From positions 1 to 13,180 of the forward strand of contig JBDGSE010000035.1 of NCBI GenBank assembly GCA_042217695.1: a stretch of DNA of 13,180 nt, read 5' to 3'. Numbering within the stretch: the first letter of the stretch is position 1; each line of letters opens with the position of its first letter. Source of the DNA: Candidatus Nanohaloarchaea archaeon. Lineage in GTDB: Archaea > Nanohalarchaeota > Nanosalinia > Nanosalinales > Nanosalinaceae. This document shows positions 6,711 through 13,180 of the stretch, piece by piece. The notes below the pieces were generated by a model. The model made no database searches, was not told the origin of the DNA, and was given only the letters and a program-made list of their open reading frames with translations. Both the position numbers and the translations under genes were made by a program.

Positions 6711-6835
6711 AGTTAAACACCTCTGAGAACGTTTGATATTTGGTTCTCCCCGCTTTTAGATATGAGGGGTGCCGGAATGCTATTTCTCTCCTGCTATCGG
6801 TTGAGTTATTAAAACTTTGAGCAGCTCCAGTAGTT

Positions 6836-8029
6836 ATGGCCTACAAAATCGGGTTAGTCGGCAAGCCTTCCGTGGGCAAGTCCACGTTCTTCAACGCCGC
6901 GACCATGAACGAGGTGGACGAAGCGGCCTACCCATTCACCACGATAGACCCTGCGGTAGGAGAGGCATATGTCCGGGTAAGATGCGCTGCGCCAGACTTT
7001 AACGAGACATGTGACCCGAGAGTCGGTTACTGTGTTGAGGGAACGCGTTTCGTTCCCGTGAAGCTGGTGGACGTCGCCGGCCTGATACCGGGGGCGCACG
7101 AGGGCAAAGGCCTCGGCAACAAGTTTTTGACGGACCTGAACGAGGCGGACGTACTGATTCACATAGTTGATTTCTCCGGGAAGACGGATATCGAGGGCGA
7201 ACCCACGGAGGGCCACGACCCGCGAGAGGACATCGATTTCCTCGAGGAAGAGCTGGACATGTGGTACCTCGAGATACTCGAGAAAGGCATCGAACGTTTC
7301 AAGAACAAGGTGAGCCAGCAGGACGTGAAACTCGAGGAGGAGCTGGCGGAACAGATGTCCGCGTTCCGCACCAACAAGAACGAGATAAAACAGATCATAC
7401 TCTCCGAGGGACTGGAACTCGATCCCTCGACCTGGGGAGAGGACGAAAAACAGGCGCTGGCCCGGTCCATAAGACAGCGGACAAAGCCGATGATAATCGC
7501 GGCCAACAAGATGGACACCCCCGAGGCAAGGGAAAACTTTGAAGAGATAGCGCAGGACGAGGAATACGAGCACCTTACCATCGTGCCTGTGAGCGCCCAT
7601 GCCGAGAAAGCACTGAAGAACGCGGAGAGGAAGGGCGTGGTGGATTACACGCCGGGGGAGGACAGCTTCGAGTTGCTGGAGGACGTACCCGAGGAGAAGA
7701 AGGAGGGTCTGGAAAAGATAGAGGACTTCATGGAAAAATTCGACGGTACAGGGGTCCAGGAGGCGATGGAGACCGCTCTCTTCGACGAACTCGGCGTCAT
7801 AGCGGTCTTTCCGGGCGGTGCGGACGGACTGGGAGACGAGCACGGAAACATACTGCCGGACTGCTTCCTGCTTGAAGAGGGCTCAACCGCGGAGGACTTC
7901 GCCTACACCATACACTCGGACCTGGGCGAGGGGTTTCTCCACGCCATAGACGTGCGGGAGAACCGGCAGATCTCTGCAGATCACCAGTTAGAACACCTGG
8001 ATGTCATCGAGATAGTCTCCTCTCAGTGA
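6836..8029 (+). CDS. ychF: Archaeal YchF/OLA1-family (Obg-like) translation-associated NTPase with TGS domain
   Basis: GKPSVGKS, YPFTTIDP, DVAGLIPGAHEGKGLGN.FL, NKMD and C-terminal TAEDFAYTIHSDL. TTATTAAAA at 6806-6814. Confidence 0.95.
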   Translation: MAYKIGLVGKPSVGKSTFFNAATMNEVDEAAYPFTTIDPAVGEAYVRVRCAAPDFNETCDPRVGYCVEGTRFVPVKLVDVAGLIPGAHEGKGLGNKFLTDLNEADVLIHIVDFSGKTDIEGEPTEGHDPREDIDFLEEELDMWYLEILEKGIERFKNKVSQQDVKLEEELAEQMSAFRTNKNEIKQIILSEGLELDPSTWGEDEKQALARSIRQRTKPMIIAANKMDTPEARENFEEIAQDEEYEHLTIVPVSAHAEKALKNAERKGVVDYTPGEDSFELLEDVPEEKKEGLEKIEDFMEKFDGTGVQEAMETALFDELGVIAVFPGGADGLGDEHGNILPDCFLLEEGSTAEDFAYTIHSDLGEGFLHAIDVRENRQISADHQLEHLDVIEIVSSQ

Positions 8030-8382
8030 TCGTCTTCATCGAACCAGGTGAAGACCTCCATCCTGAGCAGGACGGAGGCCATGCCCAGAGCGAGTATCGA
8101 GACCGCGAACGCCCAGATGTATATCACGATCTCCAGCTGCATGGCGAGAACAGGCACGAGGACCAGCGCGATCACAAGGCCCAGGCCGCCGAGCGACAGG
8201 CTGACGGACTCGTACCTCGGGTTTTCGTGGGACATCATCCCTGAGACGGCCAGCATGGAGCCGTAGGCCGCCAGCGGCACGGCCAGAACCAGAGAGTAGG
8301 ACGTGTAAAGGTATCCTGCAGCGGCTGAAAGGAGGTAGAGCATCCCAAGAACGGCCACGCCCCCGGACAGGTTCCGTGCCAT
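8023..8382 (-). CDS. Hypothetical membrane protein, about 4 TM helices (119 aa)
   Basis: Four hydrophobic segments and an acidic tail. ATG 8382 is preferred over TTG 8400 because TTTAAA at 8406-8411 lies 23 nt upstream. Confidence 0.75.
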   Translation of the reverse strand: MARNLSGGVAVLGMLYLLSAAAGYLYTSYSLVLAVPLAAYGSMLAVSGMMSHENPRYESVSLSLGGLGLVIALVLVPVLAMQLEIVIYIWAFAVSILALGMASVLLRMEVFTWFDEDDH

Positions 8383-8457
8383 GTAAGAGGATAGTTCCAA
8401 GCAGGTTTAAAGCCTGTTCAGCCAACTTTTTTATTGGAGAAGGGTTAACCCTCCTTT

Positions 8458-8790
8458 ATGACTCTAGTGGACCTCTCCATATGGTTTCTCGTGCTGGTCC
8501 TGGTGTTCCTACTCAGGAGCGGTATAATACACGCCTCTGCAAAGTTCCTGTTGCCTGACGATCCAGGCCCGCTGAAGGCGTTCCACCTGGCTGGCATCGG
8601 GATGTTGCTGGACATCGTGGCCACGTTCATACCCTTTGGAGGGCCGATATCGATAGCCCTGTTCATAGCCTACGCGTCCAAGATCTACGAGACCGACAGG
8701 CTTGCCGGCATGTCCATAGCCGCCCTTGCAGGGATTGCAGGATTCGTCATCTTCAACCTGTTAAAAACAGGGTTGCTGGGGATGGTCTAG
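8458..8790 (+). CDS. Hypothetical membrane protein (110 aa)
   Basis: Hydrophobic ORF filling the gap, with TTTTTTATT at 8427-8435 at leaderless spacing. Confidence 0.75.
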   Translation: MTLVDLSIWFLVLVLVFLLRSGIIHASAKFLLPDDPGPLKAFHLAGIGMLLDIVATFIPFGGPISIALFIAYASKIYETDRLAGMSIAALAGIAGFVIFNLLKTGLLGMV

Positions 8791-9332
8791 CCGAAAAGTC
8801 CGGTGAACCATCGCGCCAGCATGCTGAAAAATCCTGCCTCTTTCTCTTTCTTCACTTCTCTGGAGAGAGTGTCTATGGTCTTCCCGTCGTGCTGGACTTC
8901 AAGGGTGAACTCTCTGTCCTGGATCTCTCCGCTGACCTGGTACTCCAGTACAGCAAGGCTCTGGACACAGGTCTCGTTGGTCGGTATCTTCTCGAGATTG
9001 AGGACGTAACTGTTCCCGTCCACGCTCAGCGAGCGATCTACCCTGTAGCAGGGGGTCGGTAGCTGCATCTGACCCTGGAAACTGAACCTCCAGGTCCCGT
9101 TCACGTCTTTCACCGAGACATCTGTGATCTTGTCCCTCACACCTGGGCTCAGCGAGATGTTCAGCTTCTCGAAACGGAGGCTGAAGTTCTGGCCGGTGGA
9201 TGCGGACGCGCCTGAACTATCGGGCTGGGCCATTATATGTGGCTGGTTCTCGGGACCCGTGTAGTTCACGATCGCAGTGGATGTGGACAGGCTCAACGCG
9301 AATACGGTCAGTAGTACCAGTGTCTTTCTCAT
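8787..9332 (-). CDS. Secreted/surface beta-rich protein, possibly PrcB C-terminal-like
   Basis: Signal peptide MRKTLVLLTVFALSLSTSTA, LPTPCY...CVQ cysteine pair, several NxS/T sequons and an amphipathic tail GFFSMLARWFTGLFG. Confidence 0.75.
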   Translation of the reverse strand: MRKTLVLLTVFALSLSTSTAIVNYTGPENQPHIMAQPDSSGASASTGQNFSLRFEKLNISLSPGVRDKITDVSVKDVNGTWRFSFQGQMQLPTPCYRVDRSLSVDGNSYVLNLEKIPTNETCVQSLAVLEYQVSGEIQDREFTLEVQHDGKTIDTLSREVKKEKEAGFFSMLARWFTGLFG

Positions 9333-9418
9333 GTGACCTGTTTCACGGCTCTATTTTAAAACAGCTTCTGTTTCGTTCGATGATCGCCGAATAAAACACT
9401 GTCCCGGGCCGATGGCTG

Positions 9419-9751
9419 TCATTTCTCTGCGCCGGAGGTTATACGGGCCGTATGCCAGAGGAACCGGGTTATACCCACGAAAAGACCCATGACTGCCAGG
9501 TCGTAGGCTTTCTCATCGGGTATCACGCCGTTGACCACCAGGCCTGCAACCAGCGAATAGCCCAGTGCCACGTATGCAAGGATCCGGAACTCCGAGGCAG
9601 ACTCCTGGAGGTAGAACATCGACATCGCCACATTTTCCCTCTCCTTGAAGTTGCGGAGTGTCTTCAGGGAGAGTATGAGAGCAGTCAGGGTTATCCCTGC
9701 ACCCGCCAGGCCGAAGAACGCCTTGTAGATCATCTGAACCGCCTCCACCAC
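9419..9751 (-). CDS. Hypothetical 3-TM membrane protein, probable paralog of 9730-10050
   Basis: Three hydrophobic segments. Overlaps the upstream gene by 22 nt. Confidence 0.75.
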   Translation of the reverse strand: MVEAVQMIYKAFFGLAGAGITLTALILSLKTLRNFKERENVAMSMFYLQESASEFRILAYVALGYSLVAGLVVNGVIPDEKAYDLAVMGLFVGITRFLWHTARITSGAEK

Positions 9752-10050
9752 CGGAACAGCACTGCCGCGAACATGCCGCCGTAGATGACCCCTGTCAGCT
9801 TCGATGCCAGCCAGAAGGCCTTGCTGGATGTCAGGATCCCGTAGATATACATGAGGAATCCTGCCAGCATCAGGGCGTTGGCGCCCGCTATTATCTGGAA
9901 GTCCCGGATGGTATCTCCAGGTCTGAGTCCGATTTTGACCATGGATGTGTCTTCCCTGTGCTTCAGTGTCCTGATTATAAGTAGAGAGAGCAGGCCCGTG
10001 ACAACACCCATCACTGTCAGCAGAGATTTCGTCAGTGTCTCCGTTACCAT
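9730..10050 (-). CDS. Hypothetical 3-TM membrane protein
   Basis: Three hydrophobic segments. ATG 10050 is preferred over 10071 because TTTTATA (minus strand, 10074-10080) lies 23 nt upstream. Confidence 0.75.
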   Translation of the reverse strand: MVTETLTKSLLTVMGVVTGLLSLLIIRTLKHREDTSMVKIGLRPGDTIRDFQIIAGANALMLAGFLMYIYGILTSSKAFWLASKLTGVIYGGMFAAVLFRWWRRFR

Positions 10051-10081
10051 CCAGGATGAGTGGGTTCTCATCGTATAAAAA

Positions 10082-10186
10082 TTATCCTGTCATGGTCTCG
10101 AAACAGTGCTGGCATACCGTACCGTCCTGGTCCGCCACGTTTTCAACGTCCAGGTCTGTCCCGCATCTCAGGCATATCTCGAGCAT
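10082..10186 (-). CDS. Small C(P)xCG-type zinc-finger microprotein (34 aa)
   Basis: Manual translation: MLEICLRCGTDLDVENVADQDGTVCQHCFETMTG*. Two CxxC motifs with an acidic linker. TTTTAAA (10211-10217) lies 24 nt upstream. Confidence 0.8.
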   Translation of the reverse strand: MLEICLRCGTDLDVENVADQDGTVCQHCFETMTG

Positions 10187-10252
10187 CTCAACGGAGGATG
10201 GGTTGCAGGGTTTAAAACCTCTGGTCGTCAGGATTCCTCTAGTTCCACCAGG

Positions 10253-10972
10253 TTACTCCATGAAACGCGATGTATCGATGCCAAGCTCTTCCAGCGCTTC
10301 CGCCCTGCTCCTGGCCCTTTCAAGCGCCTCCTTGAAACCTTCCCGGGTATCACGTATCTTCCCGAAGGTGAACGTCTTGAATACCTTTTTCTCGTGTTCT
10401 TCCAGCCCTTCGCCGTATTTTTCCAGCGCCTCACTCTCCAGGATTGCGCCCGGCTCCGGAGACCCCAGGATACTGCCCAGGACTCTTTTCCACGTCGGTT
10501 TCTGGTCGTACACGAAGGCCTCGATATCCTTTTCTGGGAGGCCTAGGAACTCGCCGTACCTCCGGTGGTACTCTGGCCCTTTATCCATCTCCATGAGCTC
10601 CCTGAAAAACTCCGTGCCGTATGGCTCCCGGGTCATGAAGAGACGGGCGTGAAAGTCGCGTTCCAGCATCTCGAAATCATCTTCCATGCCGTAAACACCT
10701 GCCATGTTTCTCACGAAGCTCTCATCCGGGTCGTGCTGGACCACGCAGTTCAATCCCATGGAGTTGAACAGATCCACGAGTTCGTAGAGACGGTTCTCTC
10801 TGTCCAGGAAGACTTCGATATCCGCACCTTTTTTCTCGTCGGCCGCGGCCACCACCGCCACCAGAAGACCCGTGGTGGTCATGCAGTCGTCGAACTCCCT
10901 CGGGAGACGTGAAATGTCGTCTTCATCGGCCCTCTCTCCCGCGGCCTCGAACATCTCGAACCGGTCGGCCAT
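10253..10972 (-). CDS. Hypothetical acidic protein (239 aa)
   Basis: Typical acidic composition. Contains YGEFLGLPEKDIEAF, similar to the G..LGYP...I..F motif of DUF483/DUF3793-like proteins. TATA-like box at 10995-11001. Confidence 0.8.
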   Translation of the reverse strand: MADRFEMFEAAGERADEDDISRLPREFDDCMTTTGLLVAVVAAADEKKGADIEVFLDRENRLYELVDLFNSMGLNCVVQHDPDESFVRNMAGVYGMEDDFEMLERDFHARLFMTREPYGTEFFRELMEMDKGPEYHRRYGEFLGLPEKDIEAFVYDQKPTWKRVLGSILGSPEPGAILESEALEKYGEGLEEHEKKVFKTFTFGKIRDTREGFKEALERARSRAEALEELGIDTSRFME

Positions 10973-11012
10973 GATACCGTGTTGCTCCCCGTGGTTTTTA
11001 ACTACGGCCCTG

Positions 11013-11519
11013 CTAAAGGCTACGCTGGATCTCGAAGTCCTGGTACTCTTCGTCCAGGATGTTCACTGCCTCGTAGGCCTCTCGCAGACTTTCCTTAACC
11101 GAGTCTGCGGCGAGTTCCATGGAGTATGGACGGATAAGGCTGTCGTTCCGCGCCAGGTAGGTCCAGTCGTTCTCCTCCAGGACGCGGTCCTGTACCTCCT
11201 CCAGCCTGTCCTCGTACCGGGAACCTTCAAGCTCGAAGTCGGTCATGTCGTAGAAAGGTTTCTCCACCATCCCCCTGATCTTCTCGTCCTCTGGAAGGAA
11301 ACCAAGCATCACCGAACCGTTGAAACGCTGCATGGGGGAGGACCTCGTGTCCAGGAGATAGAGCTCCCGCGTGTCGCCGGAATCCACGGCCTCCGCGATA
11401 CGCCTGTCCAGGTCCTCCGGGAAGACATCTCCTGGCACCGGGGAAGGGTCACAGGTCCAGTTTTTACAGTCCATAGCCTCGTCGACGGCCTCTTCGACCC
11501 GTTCATCAACGGCGGACAT
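11013..11519 (-). CDS. Hypothetical acidic protein (168 aa)
   Basis: Acidic ORF with the same codon style as its neighbours. No family recognised. Confidence 0.78.
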   Translation of the reverse strand: MSAVDERVEEAVDEAMDCKNWTCDPSPVPGDVFPEDLDRRIAEAVDSGDTRELYLLDTRSSPMQRFNGSVMLGFLPEDEKIRGMVEKPFYDMTDFELEGSRYEDRLEEVQDRVLEENDWTYLARNDSLIRPYSMELAADSVKESLREAYEAVNILDEEYQDFEIQRSL

Positions 11520-11632
11520 AGCGGTTAAAGGTTTTGTAGAGGACTCTTAAGTCATAAATGGCGTGAACCGGGGCCGAAAGGCTTTAAACCGCGGCAGTTA
11601 CCGTGAAGTTAGTTGACGCTGTTCCAGTCGAC

Positions 11633-11645
11633 AGGTATAATACCT
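11633..11645. promoter_or_regulatory. Palindrome overlapping a TATA-like box upstream of the wHTH gene
   Basis: AGGTAT-A-ATACCT is a perfect 6-1-6 inverted repeat containing TATAATA, ending 15 nt before ATG 11661. Confidence 0.35.
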
Positions 11646-11660
11646 TTAACGGAGTAAAGA

Positions 11661-11990
11661 ATGGTGATGGATACTCCGGAGGACATCGAGAAGAGGCTCT
11701 CCATGGACGAGGAGAGAGTTCTCAGGGCTTTCCTCGGAGACGAGGACGGGACGCTGGAATACAGTAGACTGGAGAGATACGCCGGCGAGGACTCTACGGT
11801 TGCCGAGGAGGAACTGGGCTCCACGATACACACCCTTCAGGCGAACAGACTCCTGTCCCTCGAGGATGGCGAGGTCGAAAAGTATTCCCTAACGAAGACA
11901 GGGGAGGCCTACCTGGAGCATGAATACGGCGGCGAACTGGACGAAATGAAGGGCAACATGCAGTTCTACTTTGACGCACGGAACATCTAG
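11661..11990 (+). CDS. Winged helix-turn-helix-like protein (109 aa)
   Basis: LSMDEERVLRAF...ELGSTIHTLQANRLL...KYSLTKTGEAYLE fits the recognition helix, wing and Y.LT..G motif of wHTH domains. The start may be ATG 11667. Confidence 0.7.
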   Translation: MVMDTPEDIEKRLSMDEERVLRAFLGDEDGTLEYSRLERYAGEDSTVAEEELGSTIHTLQANRLLSLEDGEVEKYSLTKTGEAYLEHEYGGELDEMKGNMQFYFDARNI

Positions 11991-11993
11991 AAA

Positions 11994-12602
11994 CTACTTC
12001 CTGACAGCATTGGTCTCCGGACCTGCTTCAAGACTGTTTACGGCATCGCTGGACCTCGCCTCTTCCAGTATACTGGAAACCTCTTCACGGTACCTCTCCG
12101 GCAGCAGACCGTCCTCGAGCACTTCATCCGAGAAATCCCGGTAACTGTTCCTGGCCCAGCCGGTATTCCCGTTCTTGTAGTTGGCCTCCAGCGCTTCATC
12201 AAGAGTCTTGCCCCGGCTGAGATCCTCCAGTACGTGCCAGAGGTAACCACTCCTCGAATTATTGTAGATCTCGAACTCGAAGTCGTTGTCGAAAACCAGG
12301 CGGTCGGCCGTGCTGGTGTGGTAGTATTCGATATTCTCCGTGGCGTATTCCGGCTCGGGTTCCTCCGGGAGGTCCCAGCTCTCCAGGGCGTTATCCATGG
12401 AAAGTTCATCGGACTCCGCGAAAGCCTCTGAAAGCAGGTAGATGGCCTTCTTGTGGTCATCCTTCGGTCTGTGCACGGAGTTAGGGTTGACTCCATGCTC
12501 CTCGTAACCAGTGTCCTCCAGGTCCACATCAAGAAAATCGGCGACCTGGTGGAAGAGATGGTGCAGGGCCCATTACTCCTGCTCCGTGACGTATTGGGTC
12601 AT
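11994..12602 (-). pseudogene. UPF0058-domain protein with long C-terminal extension, interrupted by in-frame TAA at codon 10
   Basis: From ATG 12602: MTQYVTEQE*WALHHLFHQVADFLDVDLEDTGYEEHGVNPNSVHRPKDDHKKAIYLLSEAFAE. This matches the UPF0058 pattern EL..LH.L...V...Y...G..P..(I/V)H..K..HK.AI..L. TAA is at 12573-12575. The ORF-track call from GTG 12527 lacks the first helix. Confidence 0.75.
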
Positions 12603-12689
12603 CCTACATGCCGGATGTGGTGCAATTTTTTTAGCTCTAACTGGAAAAAGGTAGAAGGGTCTAAAATAGTTGATGTCTCAAATATATGT

Positions 12690-13180
12690 ATGCGACTAGT
12701 TTTACCCCCTGAAGACCCCGACCTCGACGGGGCGGCTTCTGCCTACGGATACGCCGAATACCTTACAAAAAAGGATGGAGACGCTACAGCAGCGGCTTTC
12801 GGAGAACCGGAGGAAGAGGCGAGAGACGCCTTCGAGGAGATCGACGAGAAGCTCTCCAATGCAAAGTACTACGTTTACTCTGCAGACGAGGTAACACTTG
12901 TCAGCGCCAGCAGCATGGAGAACGTCTCCTCCAGGATAGGCCAGGAAAAAGTTACCGAGGTCATCGACCATGTTGCGGACTCGGTCGAAGACTTTACAGA
13001 GGCCGAAGAGGTCATAGATGAGGAGTATTCCACTGCCGCGGCCATAGTGGCGAAAAAATTCCGTGACTCTGAGGTCGAGATAAGCAGGGAGTCCGCCACC
13101 CTGCTATACAGGGCGATGGAGGCTGCGGAAGAGGCAAACGACAGCGACCGGGAGATCGCCGACTGGCTGGAAGAACAGCT
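12690..13180 (+). CDS. DHH-family (family II Mn-pyrophosphatase-like) N-terminal domain with degenerate motifs; 3' end outside the window
   Basis: Manual translation: MRLVLPPEDPDLDGAASAYGYAEYL...GEPEEEA...VTLVSAS...VTEVIDHV...YSTAAAIVAKKFRDSEVEISRESATLLY...DREIADWLEEQ. Open to the edge. TAAAATA at 12662-12668. Confidence 0.82.
   Translation, partial: MRLVLPPEDPDLDGAASAYGYAEYLTKKDGDATAAAFGEPEEEARDAFEEIDEKLSNAKYYVYSADEVTLVSASSMENVSSRIGQEKVTEVIDHVADSVEDFTEAEEVIDEEYSTAAAIVAKKFRDSEVEISRESATLLYRAMEAAEEANDSDREIADWLEEQ

Noticed and set aside
12702..13099. Minus-strand ORFs 12702-12971 and 12875-13099
   Set aside because: Antisense to the DHH-family gene starting at 12690, which the track missed because it has no stop codon in the window.

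Overview
Gene-dense archaeal window with a strongly acidic (salt-in) proteome. TATA-like boxes lie about 21-24 nt upstream of most start codons, implying leaderless transcripts. The overall style and a non-Halobacteria-like L40e suggest a halophilic DPANN archaeon such as Nanohaloarchaea (inference). Recognisable genes: rpl40e (absent from the ORF track), phosphomannomutase/phosphoglucomutase, PAP2 phosphatase, AbrB-type regulator, hisS, an HExxH membrane metalloprotease, a DUF4186 protein, a Zn-dependent alcohol dehydrogenase and ychF. These are followed by several small membrane or secreted proteins, a 34-aa CxxC zinc-finger microprotein (absent from the track), a winged-helix protein, a UPF0058-domain gene with an in-frame TAA, and a degenerate DHH-family gene running off the right edge (absent from the track). 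The most unusual feature is at the left edge (1-106): a 52-nt-period tandem repeat of two alternating hairpins whose stems differ between copies by compensatory changes. It looks like a structure-conserved non-coding array and probably continues outside the window.
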